Below, one piece after another: positions 12,937 through 26,330 of a stretch of DNA of 64,000 nucleotides. How positions within the stretch are numbered: the first letter of the stretch is position 1; each line of letters begins with the position of its first letter. This DNA is from Octopus sinensis (taxonomy: Eukaryota), in contig NC_042999.1 of the NCBI RefSeq assembly GCF_006345805.1, positions 19,654,001 to 19,718,000 of the forward strand, written 5' to 3'. A model generated the notes under the pieces. It was not told the origin of the DNA. It saw only the letters and a program-made list of their open reading frames with translations, and ran no database searches. Position numbers and translations under genes: made by a program.

Positions 12937-13953
12937 CTTTTACTTGTTTCAGTCATTTGACTGTGGCCATGCTGGAGCACCGCCTTTAGTGAAGCAAATC
13001 GACACCAGGACTTATTCATTGTAAGCCTAGTACTTATTCTATTCTATTGGTCTCTTTTGCCGAACTGCTAAGATATGGGGAAGTGAACACACCAGCATCG
13101 GCTGTCAAGCAATGTTGGGGGACAAACACAGATACACAAACCCCTCTCTCTCTTTCGGAGAGGCACTGAGCAGCTATACGCACACATACACACACGGCAG
13201 TAACTTCCGTCTACCGAATTCAATCACAAAGCTTCAGTCGGCTTGGGGCTATAGTGGAAGACACCTGCCCAAAGTTCCACGCAGTGGGACTGAACCCGAA
13301 ACCACATAGCTAGGAAGCAAGCTCCCTAACCACACAGCCATATATACATACATACATACATACGACTGGCTTCTTTCAGTTTCTGTCTACCAAATCGACT
13401 CACAAGGCTTTGGTTGGCCCGAGGTTATAGTAGAAGACACTCCCCCAAGGTGCCACACAGTAGGTCTGAACCTGGAACCATGTGGTTGGTAAGCAAGCTA
13501 CTTACCACACAGCCATTCCTATGCCTATAAATAATTTATCATGCATACTCTTTTACTCTTTTACTCTTTTACTTGTTTCAGTCATTTGACTGCGGCCATG
13601 CTGGAGCACCACCTTTAATCGGGCAACTCGACCCCGGGACTTATTCTTTGTAATCCCAGTACTTATTCTATCGGTCTCTTTTGCCGAACTGCTAAGTGAC
13701 GGGGACATAAACACACCACCATCGGTTGTCAAGCAATGCTACGGGGACAAACACAAACATACACGCACATATATATATACATATATATATGACGGGCTTC
13801 TTTCAGTTTCCGTCTGCCAAATCGACTCACTAGGCTTTGGTCGGCCCGAGGCTATAGTAGAAGACAGTCGCCCAAGGTGCCACGCAGTGGGTCTGAACCT
13901 GGAACCATGTGGTTGGTAAGCGAGCTACTTACCACACAGCCACTCCTGCGCCT
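12937..13953 (-). mobile_element. Cluster of family A SINEs (degraded copy, 5' half 13345-13526, full copy 13547-13953)
   Basis: Repeated family A head and tail motifs on the minus strand. Confidence 0.8.
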
Positions 13954-14456
13954 ATAAATAATTTATCATGCATGTTTAGGAAACTTTCATTTAGCCTCAT
14001 TACATAAACAAATGCATGATTTGAGGAAAGATGTATATTTATTCATGTGAACTATTTTCCAATTTATTCACAGACATGCTGCCTTGTTACTTTAGTTAAT
14101 TAACATGCCACCAGCGAAAGTAATGGTATGCAAATATACGAAATCACTGAATATTACTTACAGCATTTTAGATAAGTAACTCTAAGCTGCTTTATATTTC
14201 TGTTCTGTGAAATGAAGGAGACAGTCTTAGCAAGAGCCTAAAGAAAGTAATCTACTCATCTGTTCAATAATTTCTCTGCAAAGAAAGAAAGTGAGAGCCT
14301 CGTGGTTAGACCTCAAGTATTTTATTTATACAGTAATTCTAAATGTAATTTTATTAAACATATGCATGTAAATTCATGCATAATTTATCCACACTTAGAT
14401 TGCTTCATCCTTCAGAGAATATCTCGCTCAGAGATTTATTATTACTTATATCTTAT

Positions 14457-14639
14457 ATAGGCACAGGAGTGGCTGTGTGGTAAGTAGCTTGCTTACTGAC
14501 CACATGGTTCCAGGTTCAGTCTCACTGTGTGGCACCTTGGGCAAGTGTCTGCTACTATAGCCTTGGATCAGCCAAAGCTTTGTGAGTAAATTTGGTACGG
14601 AAACTGAAAGAAGCCTGTCATGTATATGTATATATGTAT

Positions 14640-14697
<58 letters not shown>

Positions 14698-14878
14698 CGT
14701 ATCTGTTTGTGTGTCTGTGTTTGTCCCCCAACATTGCTTGACAACTGATGCTGGTGTGTTTACGTCCCCGTAACTTACCAGTTCGGCAAAAGAGACCAAT
14801 AGAATAAGTACTAGGCTTACAAAGAATAAGTCCAGGGGTTGATTTGCTCGACTCAAAGGTGGTGCTCCAGCATGGCCC
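14457..14878 (+). mobile_element. SINE family A
   Basis: Head and body match. Confidence 0.85.
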
Positions 14879-14889
14879 TAGACCCTGGT

Positions 14890-15345
14890 GTATTTATTGC
14901 TCGCTGTGTCCTTAGAAAGATCTTTGAACACATTTTTGATCTTGGCTCTCAGCTTAGCCTTGGTCTTACTGGCAGAGTGGGTATATATTACTCAGCTGTG
15001 TCCTACACATTGTAATCTATATGATTATAATCAGGTGGGCGGAATTAGAAAGCCAGAAATTGAGGCTGTAGCAGTCATAGAAATTTTCCATCAATCACTT
15101 CTGAGGTTTGCCAAAGAGCAAAATCCTGCTGCCAAACATATAACCCTCCAGTAGCAACCTTGTCCAGTCAAGGATTGATCACAATCTCCAGCAGCTTCAC
15201 ATAGTCATTTAAATTGACCCTAAGGACCTGTTCAAAGATGTGGGGTGCATAACGTCACCTTCACGAGAGACACACCCAAAGACCATCATCGTTTGGGGTA
15301 ACTTGGTTTTCATGATGACCCTGCTACATCTTTGGTGTAGAAAAT
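14890..15345 (-). pseudogene. Degenerate Tc1/mariner-superfamily DDD transposase fragment
   Basis: Manual translation gives MKTKLPQTMMVFGCVSREGDVMHPHIFEQ...YVWQQDFA...LNFW..NS with stops and frameshifts, resembling maT/DD37D catalytic motifs. Confidence 0.7.
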
Positions 15346-15378
15346 GCTGGTATCATCTAGAAATATTAAGCATAAACT

Positions 15379-15575
15379 ACGAGGGTGAGTCAAAAAGTAA
15401 TGCCATTTTGTATAGAACAGGTATAATTACCAGCACAGGAACATGTATCATACATCAAAATGAAGTTGGTCCACTGTGTATCACAGCCCTAATTCTCAAC
15501 ATAGTCACTGTTTCTCTCAATAGCTATGTTCCACCTTCAAATGAGAGCATGTATCCCTGCCCTGTAAAATTCTGG
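15379..15575. mobile_element. One arm of the palindromic mariner MITE family
   Basis: TACGAGGGTGAGTCAAAAAGTAATGCC TIR, reverse complement of 2040-2239. Confidence 0.75.
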
Positions 15576-15900
15576 GATTAGACAGCACATAACAATCCCT
15601 GGGTCCAAAATACTTAGAATTCAATACTTCAGAATCTGATGGTAATGGTCAACTTCCAAGATCAACAGTAACATATGCTAAATATTTGTATGTTTTAGAA
15701 TCAATCATCTAACGACTGAGGTTATCTTTATTTGGTTTATATTAACATTTTTTGTACAACAGTTACGTTGAAATATACTATTTTTATTTCAATTAATTTT
15801 GAAACTTATGAATAATTTATCAAAATAACTTTATCATTTTTGTTGGAAGAATATAATAGTCCTAACACCATCACCCGACCATTAAGCATTTGGCAGTTTC

Positions 15901-16335
15901 AGATCTTTTCGGTTTGACCGGCAGTTTTTTTAAATAATTTCCACGTAACTAAACACTTTTAAACTTTGTATACTGGTAGAATGTGTTTATAAAACATCTT
16001 TTTCTCTTGGCTCTATTGAGAAAATTTTATAGTTTGTAAGATATTTGTTGTTTTTTTTTCTTCAATTTCTGCAATTTCAACCAATCAATGACGTCTATTG
16101 AGGTGAAAACATTCCATGCCGTATGAATATGTCCCTCGTTTAAGAAACAGATTGGGTTTATTTACATTTCTGAAGAGAAAAATATACCCTTCCCCCCCAA
16201 CCCTATCTCTAACTAACCCTAACTCTAACCATAACCCTAAATCAGATTGAAATGCAATAGATCGATATTGGGATCATAATTATGGGTGACAATTTCATAT
16301 GACACCGGTAGAAAAAACTGCCGGTCAAACCGAAA
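15901..16335. mobile_element. TIR element related to the GGATCTTTTC family in the U2 spacers
   Basis: CGGTTTGACCGGCAGTTTTT / AAAAACTGCCGGTCAAACCG inverted ends; the left end resembles 47063-47140; internal CCCTAA-like run. Confidence 0.65.
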
Positions 16336-16507
16336 CCAGGTTCACTTATACTTATTTCAGCTCTTTGCTCTCTTCAGAGTATAGGCCATCGGTGTCTTTG
16401 CTTTACTAATCTCATCTTTGAACTGTCTTTTCTTTCTTCTACCAGGTCTTTTTAGCTTTCAATTGTCATTGATATTTGTCATTGGCTATCAATTGCCATT
16501 GATACTT

Positions 16508-17442
16508 GCCAGATCAAATTGGAGCCAATTGCAGCCTTCTGGCTTACCAGTCCTCAATCAAACCATCCAACTCATACCAGGATGGAAAGTGGACGTTAAA
16601 CGATCATGATGATAATGATGATGATGAACGCGAACCTTCCCCCAAAAATTCCTCACGTTGGGCCAAAATTTGAAATCATTATTGTCATTGGACAATAAAC
16701 TTCGCTTGCAAAGACCTGTTGAGGCAAGTAAAATCAAAATCACTGACGTGGCTGATAACAGTACCGCCAGATTGGCACTCATGCCAGTGGAACGTTAAAA
16801 GCACCCTCCGAGCATGATCATTGCCAGGGCCGCTGACTGGCTCCTCTGCTGGTGGCATGTAAAAAGCACAATTCGAGCGTAATCGTTGCCTTACTGGAAC
16901 ACGTGCTGGTGGCATGTGAAAAACAACATTCAAGCATGGTCATTGCCAGTGCCACCGGACTGGCTCCCATGCTGGTGGCATGTAAAAAGCACCTTTTGAC
17001 AGTACTGTCAAAAGGCAGCGAACTGGCAGAAACGTTAGCACGCCAGGCGAAATGCTTAGCAGTAATTTTGTCTGCCATTACATCCCGAGTTCAAATTCCA
17101 CCGAGGTCGACTTTGCCTTTCATCTTTTCGGGGTCGATAAATTAAGTACCAGTTATGCACTGGGATTGATGTAATTGACTTAATCCCTTTTTCTGTCATT
17201 GTTTATCCCCTCCTTGTTTAGCCCCTTGTGAGCAATAAAGAAATAAGTGCTGCCTGACTGGCCCTTGTGCCTGTGGCACGTAAAAGTACCCACTACACTC
17301 TCGGAGTGGTTGGCATTACAAAGGGCATCCAGCTGTAGAAACTCTGCCAGATCCGAGTGGAACCTGGTGCAGCCTTCTGGCTCACCAGTTCTTAGTCAAA
17401 TAGTCCAACCCATGCCAGCATGGAAAGCAGATGTTAAACAAC

Positions 17443-17474
<32 letters not shown>
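16508..17474 (+). mobile_element. RTE LINE 3' UTR fragments (16508-16626, 16690-17474)
   Basis: 3' UTR repeat units and (GAT)n tails. Confidence 0.75.
17012..17227 (+). mobile_element. tRNA-derived SINE family C nested in a LINE 3' UTR
   Basis: CTGGCAGAAACGTTAGCACG...GAGTTCAAATTCC...GTCGACTTTGCCTTTCATC...AATAAAGAAATA. Confidence 0.8.
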
Positions 17475-17902
17475 CTTTCATAAATTTGCATTTTTTCTAG
17501 ATAAGGATGTTGGCCTTATGCAAACCCATTTTTGCCTCTATGAAGTGGTGATCTATGTTTGTCTGGCCCCTATCCTTTGACCTCTCCAACACGAGAAGCC
17601 TTATCAAGAGCTAGCTCTCTGCTCGTACAGCTCTCTGAATCATCGAAGATCACAAGCCACCACAACAAGGATTGGACCTAGTGGGGTAAGATTAACATAC
17701 CCACACCCTTTGCAATCAATTTCTGAGGTCCTATAGATGGTCACAAGTACTGTCCTCCCTCATCTGCATAATCATTTAAAATATAACAATTTCACACACT
17801 AATAAAAAACCAGAAATATCTGGGGATGTGGCATAAGCTGGACAGACCTTATTTATGCATAAAAGTCCTAGAATTCCATGCTCATGGAGTTTTGTCAGCA
17901 AA

Positions 17903-18437
17903 CGCAGGAGTGGCTGTGTGGTAAGTAGCTTCCTTACAAACCACATGGTTCCGGGTTCAGTCCTACTGCATGGCCTCTTGGGCAAGTGTCTTCTGCTATA
18001 GCTCCGGGCCGACCAATGCCTTGTGAGTGGATTTGGTAGATGGAAACTGAAAGAAGCCTGTCGTATATATGTGTATATCATCATCATCATCATCATCATC
18101 ATTTAGCGTCCGTTTTCCATGCTAGCATAGGTTGGACGGTTCAACTGGGGTCTGGGGAGCCCGAAGGCTGCACCAGGCCAGTCATATATATGTATGTGTG
18201 TGTATATGTTTGTGTGTCTGTGTTTGTTCCCCTAGCATTGCTTGACAACCGATGCTGGTGTGTTTACGTCCCCGTCAGTTAGCGGTACAGCAAAAGAGAC
18301 CGATAGAATAAGTACTGGGATTACAAAGAATAAGTCCCGGGGTCGATTTGCTTGACTAAAGGCGGTGCTCCAGCATGGCTGCAGTCAAATGACTGAAACA
18401 AGTAAAAGAGTAAAAGAGTAAAAGAGAGTAAAGAGTA
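17903..18437 (+). mobile_element. SINE family A interrupted by a minus-strand LINE tail (18078-18180)
   Basis: The 5' and 3' halves of the SINE flank (CAT)n-TTTAGCGTCC LINE end sequence. Confidence 0.8.
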
Positions 18438-18916
18438 AACAGGTCTCAGTCAAATTTAAATGTTGAAGTGAATCTAACGGTTTTTGTGTGTTTCTTAAAT
18501 TGGCTTATAAACACCTTCCTGGCTGCAATTGTTTTCGTTCCAGCACGCGATCTCAGATCAGGTCACTTGCTATGCAAGTACATCTCTGTAAGTCCAAGAA
18601 TTATCAGCCATAAACTGCTCTTAATATTTTAAGCAAAACTGTAGCAGAAAATAACTAAATTGGCAAAATAGTTTTGTCCATTACTATCAGTTCTGTCTTC
18701 GCAATGACACAGATTAAGTTAACTTAGCACCGATGCCACCTACATTCTTGAAAGAGAGAATTTGTATGCGATCAATACACACACGAAAAACACACACACA
18801 TGCAAGGAATTCACACGTATCATGCATATGTTTCCATGACGATCTAAGTATTGCAGACAGATAAATACATGAATAGAAAGAGTCAGAAAGAAACAGATAA
18901 TTAATAAAGGGGTGTC

Positions 18917-19081
18917 AGAGAGAGAGAGAGAGAGCGTGAGAGAGAGAGAGAGAGAGCGTGAGAGAGAGAGAGAGAGAGCGTGAGAGAGAGAGAGAGAGCG
19001 TGAGAGAGAGAGAGAGAGCGGTGAGAGAGAGAGAGCGTGAGAGAGAGAGAGAGCGTGAGAGAGAGAGAGAAGAGAGAGAGA
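18917..19081. repeat. (GA)n-GCGT compound minisatellite
   Basis: Repeated gagagagagagagagcgt units. Confidence 0.9.
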
Positions 19082-19149
19082 AATGCAGACACAAAGTTCT
19101 AGGGAAAAGTGGAAGAAACATATACATACATATATATATATTTTATTAA

Positions 19150-19182
<33 letters not shown>

Positions 19183-19241
19183 TACACACTCACGTATATA
19201 TATATGTCAACATATATGTGTATATATGCATGTATGAGTAT

Positions 19242-19273
<32 letters not shown>

Positions 19274-19282
19274 CACATACAT

Positions 19283-19354
<72 letters not shown>

Positions 19355-20924
19355 CACACATATGTATATATATATATATATATGTATACACACAAATGTG
19401 TATATATATATATACACACATATATATAAATGTATGTAGTTATGCATGCATATGTGTGTGGGTGAAAGGAGAAAGAGGGAGAGAAGACAGAGCAAGAGAG
19501 AGAGAGAGGCAGACAGAACGAGAGAGAGAGAGAGAAAGTTATGGTTAGATCTGTATATGTTTGTATATGTGTATATATGTATGTATGTGAAGAGAAAAAG
19601 GAAGAGAGAGAGAGGGAACAAGACAGAGTGAGAGAGATCGTTATGGGTAGAACTATGACGAAACGAAAGAATAATTAACCAAATTTATACATAACACACA
19701 TACACACACACACGCACTCACAGACATTATGTATTTCTTCTTCCTTTTTTTTCTTTTTGTTATTTACTTTATTTATAAGATATTTTGCATACATATTGCA
19801 CTAAACAGAGATTGATATATTAATTGTACATATTGATTCCTAAATCAAACAATCGATGCAAGACTCTTAGAATTTCAACAATGGTCGAGACGATAGTTTA
19901 GGGTAATTTGTTACCAAGACAAATGTTAAACATAGAGCAAATCTTTGGCTGTCTCGAAAACCTATTTTGATTTCTATGGTTCAATTGCCAACCAAATAGT
20001 TTACCAAGATATTAAATAATGCTGTCGGCTAACAGCTATTGAAATTGACTTTGGAAATACCAAGTATTTTTACTGTTTTGTTTTGTTTTGTTTCAATGTT
20101 TTAATACTTTCCCCTTTTATTTTATTTTTTTTTTTTATATTTTGGTATTTGATATCGTTTAATTAGCATTTTGCCTCGCAAACATTCCATCGTCAGACAA
20201 AAGCCAAAAAACGTTTATCTTAATAAAAGGATATAAAATGATTTCTAAAAATATGCAACTATATATAAAAATATCTATACAGAGCTATTTCTAGACTGGT
20301 GGAATCATCACCAAACAGCACCGACAATGAAAGCCATTAATACCAACAACAACAACACTAACAACAACTGCGTTACTATTATTACCGATACCAGTATTTC
20401 GGTGGATTCATTCTTGTCCATCTCCTGTACCTTTATCGCATTACAGAGTGTTCGTGTCATTGTTTTGTATTCATTATCATGGCTTCACCCATCAATGACA
20501 CTGACACAGTTGAAAAAAAAAACAAAAAAAACAACAATAACAACAACAATAATTGCTATCATCATCATCATCATAATCATCGTCGTCATCATTGTCATCT
20601 CATCTCATGAGTTTATTTACAAAATGCAATTATTTAAATGTCCTATTTCACTTACTTCCCAAATGAATAAGCTTTTTATTCAAATGGAATTAGGATGAAA
20701 TTGAAGAAGTGATGTACTGGGTCATAATTATGAATGCAAATATCACCATTTCAGCATGGACACACGGACACACACATGCACACACACTCATTAGTTATTT
20801 CGAATTTGCTTTGTTTAGTGCAGTGCAGCAAATAGTAAGAGCAATTACCAAGTTCACACACATTTCTCAATAGTTTCCATACATAGCTACATACAAACAT
20901 GCACAGACATGCATACACAAACAC

Positions 20925-20971
<47 letters not shown>

Positions 20972-21258
20972 AGCAGACACATTCTCACACAGATGAACAT
21001 ATATATATATACGCAAGTGTAGTAACATCACTAAAAAATTCCTCCAAGATTATCTACATCGCTAAATAATTCAATTCCTATGTACAAGCATGCACACAGA
21101 CAGATAGAGAGGCACATTTGTTAGCAAATATCTAATAAGTGATCTCGAAAAAGCAAGAGTTTTTAGGCAAAAAGAGCAGCTAAGCTAAAATGCACTTGAC
21201 AAAATAAAGTAAATAAAATTATTAAAAAAATATACATGGGTTCTTTCTAAAAATTCAA

Positions 21259-21399
21259 TCATCATCACCATCATCATCATCATCATCATCACATCATCAT
21301 CATCATCATCATCATCATCACCATCATCATCATCACCATCATCATGATCATCATCATCATGATCATCATCATGATCATCATGATCATGATCATGATCAT

Positions 21400-21442
<43 letters not shown>

Positions 21443-21500
21443 CCACCATCACCACCACCACCAACACCATCATCATCGTCATCATCATCATCATCATCAT
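21259..21500. repeat. (CAT)n/(CAC)n microsatellite, expanded LINE tail
   Basis: About 240 bp of trinucleotide repeat abutting a LINE 3' end. Confidence 0.9.
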
Positions 21501-21950
21501 CCTCGTCGTTTAACGTCCGCATCCATACTGGCATGGGTTGGACAGTTTGACTGAGGTCTGGAGAGCCAGGAGGCTGCACTGGGCTCCAATCTGTGTAGTG
21601 GGTGCCTTTTACGTGTCACCGGCACGAGAGCCAGTCAAATGGGCCTGGCATTGGCCACGTTTGGATGGTGCTTTTCATGTGCCACCGACATGGGAGCCAG
21701 TCAGGTGGGCTTGGCATCGGTCATGTTCGGATAGTGCTTTTTACGTGCCCTCAGCACAGGAGCCAGTCAGGTGGCCCTCACATCAGCCACATTTGGATGG
21801 TGCTTTTTACATGCCACCAGCATGGGCGCCAGTCAGTGGGTACTGGCATCAAACACGTTTGGATAATACATTTTATGTGCCACCGAAACAGGAGCTAGTC
21901 AGGGGGCACTAACCGCAGCTACGATTTTAGTTTTACTTGACTCAACAGGC
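21496..21950 (-). mobile_element. RTE LINE 3' UTR fragment
   Basis: CGTTTAACGTCC terminus and ~60-bp internal repeats. Confidence 0.75.
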
Positions 21951-21951
21951 T

Positions 21952-22235
21952 ATAAACACACCAGCATCGATTGTCAAGCAATGTTGCAGGGACAAGCACA
22001 GACACACAAACATATACACACCACACACATACACACACACACACACATATATATATATACATACATATATATGACGGGCTTCTTTCAGTTTCCGTCTACC
22101 AAATCCACTCACAAGGCTTTGGTCAGCCCGAGGTTATAGTAAAAGACACTTGCCTAAGGTGCCACACAGTGGGACTGAACCCAGAATCATGTGGTTCGTA
22201 AGCAAGCTACTTACCTCACAGCCACTCCTGCACCT
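21952..22235 (-). mobile_element. SINE family A (5' two-thirds)
   Basis: Family A head and body. Confidence 0.8.
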
Positions 22236-22599
22236 GATGGTTGTGAATAAACATCATCATTTTACAAGCACGGTTACTCTTTTCCAGTCTTCTGTAAAAG
22301 ACACATGTTTTCATTGGAAAATAGTACTTTGCCTAGAAAGAGATAACAGCTACCAACAGGAGAGGCAACCTGTTGTCAAACAACTGCTTCAAAAAATTCT
22401 GTCTCATCCTTGCAAGTATGGAAAATTGGATGATAATTGATGATGAAATAAAATTAGGTTGCCTAGAATATTTCCAAGGATTTTGCTTATAGAAGTAGTG
22501 TGCATCTGACAAAATGTGTCCAAGTTGCAGAGATGAAGCAAGTTTATAAAAGCTGGTGCTATGATTATTATTATTATTGTTATTGTTATTATTATTATT

Positions 22600-23153
22600 G
22601 AGTGAGAGAGCAGTGCATGCCATCAAAGTGACACTGGGGTAAAATATACGAAGCCCAATATACCCATCATGACTGCCCGTCTGATAAAGGTACACCAGGC
22701 ACATGCATCACAACCATATGTGCACGACATGGTGATCTCATATCAAGATAAACAGCACATGACCTTGCAGGTGGGGCCCAGGTAGAATTTTCTTCAGGTT
22801 GAGTAGCCCATCCCGCTCAAAAGGTCCCTGAATAAGGGTTGTTTAAGGATGTTGAAAGAACCATCCATGTTTCCAGAGGTGAATTATTCAAACCCCAAAG
22901 AATCTCTCTCAACACATGGCTATGATGCTCCCCCACTACTTCTGCTCGTGATCAGAGATGCACATATCGTCAGCCACTAAGGGACATGCTCAACTGGTTA
23001 CGGTCAAACAACTGACAAGCAAATCTGTGGTATTGAGCAGAATATTTGCTGTAGCTCATCTTTTATACGAAAACAAAACAATGTACATGATAACACTTCC
23101 AATCAGTTAAGATCAGAAGCCATGAGAGCCACTGCCTGGTACTGCATCAGGGC

Positions 23154-23154
<1 letters not shown>
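22600..23154. mobile_element. Unclassified ~555-bp element bounded by (ATT)n tracts
   Basis: GC-richer block precisely flanked by ATT repeats at 22564-22599 and 23155-23195. Family not identified. Confidence 0.4.
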
Positions 23155-23195
<41 letters not shown>

Positions 23196-23196
<1 letters not shown>

Positions 23197-23650
23197 ATCA
23201 TTCAATAGTTTAATTTTTAATAGCGTGCTTTCACTTCACTACCGAGTGCAGCTCTCTGTGCCTTGGGTATGTGCTGTGATTTGTTGTGATGCTCTGATAG
23301 TTACTGTATTGAAAGTGTTCTGTGCAGGATGTGTGCAGTGCCTAGTAGTGCAATTTTCTGTATATTATATGTGTTTGTAAGTCCTGGTGTTTTTGTTATG
23401 TACATGTCTGAATATTTTTTTATCATGCCTAATGCACCTACTATGATAGGAATTGTTTCTGTTTTTAGATTCCACATATTGGTTACCTCTATTTCCAGGT
23501 CTTTGTATTTTGAAAGTTTCTCCATTTCTTTTAGAGACACGTTGTTATCTGCTGGTATTGATACAGCAATTAGAAAGCATTTTTTTTCTTCATGATCTCT
23601 GACAACTATATCTGGTCTGTTGGCCTTAATTTCTCTATCAGTGTTTATTA
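23196..23650 (-). mobile_element. R4/Dong-like non-LTR retrotransposon 3' fragment with restriction-like endonuclease domain
   Basis: INTDREIKANRPDIVV...KEMEKLSKYKDLEIE...IPIIVGALG...ALLGTAHILHRTL is a PD-(D/E)xK RLE C-terminus; stop at 23301-23303; flanked by (TAA)n. Confidence 0.8.
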
Positions 23651-23677
23651 TTCTTCTTCTTCTTCTTCTTCTTCTTC

Positions 23678-23714
<37 letters not shown>

Positions 23715-24507
23715 CGTGTTGGTATCATCACAATAAGAGTGTGTTTGACAATAAGTAATGGAACTTTGGTCATTAATATACATAAGGAAGAGTGTCAGAA
23801 GCATAACAAAACTATATGTACAGAAAATAAACAGAATACTTGTGAAACGGAACCACTTTAATATTGCAATGAAATAGTCTAACAGGAAATTCAGATCAAA
23901 TGAATGATGGAAAGAGCCCTTAGGCAAGCAATTTTGCTAAGATTTTACTTATATCAGACACATTTAATGGTGCTGCTGATGTCAGCAGGAACAACATTAC
24001 TTTTACATAAGTGTTTGTGAGGGAGGTCAGCAGTGTTAGATGTGGAGTAGCTGATTTCCAATTGATCTAATGCTATTGGAAACCATATTGGTGGTCAATG
24101 AGAAGGAAAAGAGATTCGGTGTGATATAAAAAGTGATTGTTTAAGGCCAGTACTTCAAACACATCAAATATATTGGAAGCACAAACGACAGATTTGCTGT
24201 TAGCAGAATCAAAGCAAACAGGTTACTATTTTCTGTGACTGGTACTGTCATGTGTGTCTATTGGACAAATAGCTTAAAGGGGAAAAGGGATAAAGAATTT
24301 AGTGAGGATATGGGTTCAATCAGGAACACACTGTGTGTTAATTATAACAGGAGCACAGTTGAGCTGAAATGAATAGAGATGCTTTTACACTCAATAAGAC
24401 AGATGAGAGAGAGAAAGCAGAATGATGTAGGGATGTATTCTGTGGATTGTGTTATATGTAAAATTCAAGGCAAGCATGCAGAAACTAAAAAGGGGTGTAT
24501 CAAAAGC

Positions 24508-24714
24508 CTTACTCTTTTACTTGTTTCAGTCATTTGACTGCAGCCATGCTGGAGCACCGCCTTTAGTCGAGCAAATCGACCCCGGGACTTATTCTTTGTA
24601 AGCCCAGTACTTATTCTATCAGTCTCTTTTGCCAAACCACTAAGTTACGGGAACGTAAACACACCAGCATCAGTTGTCAAGTGATGTTGGGGGCACAAAC
24701 ACAGACACACAAAC

Positions 24715-24747
<33 letters not shown>

Positions 24748-24914
24748 AACGACGGCTTCTTTCAGTTTCCATCTACCAAATCAACTCACAAGGCTTTGGT
24801 TGACCCAAGGCTATAGTAGAATACATTTGCCCAAGGTGCCACGCAGTGGGATTGAACCTGGAACCATGTGGTTGCTAGGCAAGCTACATACCACACAGCC
24901 ACTCCTGCACCTAT
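24508..24914 (-). mobile_element. SINE family A, full length
   Basis: Head-to-tail match. Confidence 0.85.
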
Positions 24915-25892
24915 AACTGTCATAATAATCCAACAATTCTGCAGAATGGTGTATTCTGCATTGTTTATTTATCTTTTTATTTTTTTTATTTCAGTATACT
25001 ATATTGCCATCATCAATTCAAACTCTGCGCAATGTTTTGTGAGATGGGAAATTTTAACAGACAGATATATATGATCAGTGAATAGCACTTGTCATTCTTT
25101 GGTACGTTTACTTAGCAGTTTTACTTTTTAATAGTGCAGTTGATATCCCAAATGATCCTATAAATGGAAGTTAGAAATCCAGTATTCATTTCAGTAGAGA
25201 AGAGAAAATGGGAAAAAAATTTCTTCGAAATCTTTTTTTCATATGTTTTGAATAATCTAATTTTAAACTACGTCTCTTTTATGTAACACAGTCGAGTGCT
25301 CTTGAAATAGAAAGCAAAATTAAAACAAATCAAATAATAATTGCAAATGTATCATTTGTTTCCTGGATTTTCCATTTTATTTCTTTATATTTATCTTTCT
25401 ATTATTTCTTTGAAATTGTAACATTTTCTCTCTTGAGCTTCCTGTTGCTCAAATTGTTCTTTATTTAAAAAAAAAGCAAAAAAAAAGCACACAATCCTTC
25501 ATTCTTTAACCAACTGAAGTTCTTCACTGTAAAAATAGATATCACAAAGCAAATTCCCATAAGAATTCAGCATCAATTTAAATTATATTTGCATTTAATC
25601 AATTACTGTCCATTTATTAGAATTTCATGGATTTAGCGAACACTAACTCTTATATTAGCAATTTACTGCATATAGAAACTATATTCATTTCAGATTTGAA
25701 TAATGTTTACATTCCTCTTTTCTTTACCTCAGTTAGATATTTGTTATACTGTTGTCCCTTTCATTTCTCTTCCCGGTATTCTTGCAGTATATTTCTCATA
25801 GAATTGATCCCCTTCACCACATCTTCCTCTTCTCCTGCTCCTTCTTCCTGTCCCTGTGATGCTCAATAGTAATGTAATTTTTATTCAACAGA

Positions 25893-26062
25893 TAGGTGCA
25901 GGAGTGGCTGTGTGATAAGTAGCTTGCTTACCAACCACATGGTTCTGGGTTCCATCCCACTGCATGGCTCCTTGGACAAGTCTCTTCTACTATAGCCTAA
26001 GGCCAACCAAAGCCTTGTGAGTGGATTTGGTAGACGGAAACTGAAAGAAGCCCATCGTATAT
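25893..26062 (+). mobile_element. SINE family A 5' half
   Basis: Head and CORE-like segment. Confidence 0.8.
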
Positions 26063-26330
26063 ACACTGTTGTCCCTTTATGATCTTGCAGTATATTTCTC
26101 ATATATTTGACCCTCCTCAGCTCTTCCAACATATTTTTGTGTATGTTTCAATTCATAAAGCATGTTGCCTAAATATTTTTCAAAATATGAGCAAGTTAAG
26201 TCATCAAGTTAAATCTAAATCACAGAATATATCATAGAAATATTTCATAATGGAAAATGAAGCAATTAAAAGGAAAAAAATGTTCTTCCTTCTGTAGTAT
26301 TCGAAACTATGTAGCAACTTTTCAAAGATG

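Noticed and set aside
18543-18586. Segment bounded by TTCCAG and GTAAGT
   Set aside because: It appears to lie within an interspersed repeat-like block I recall from octopus sequence; no coding support.
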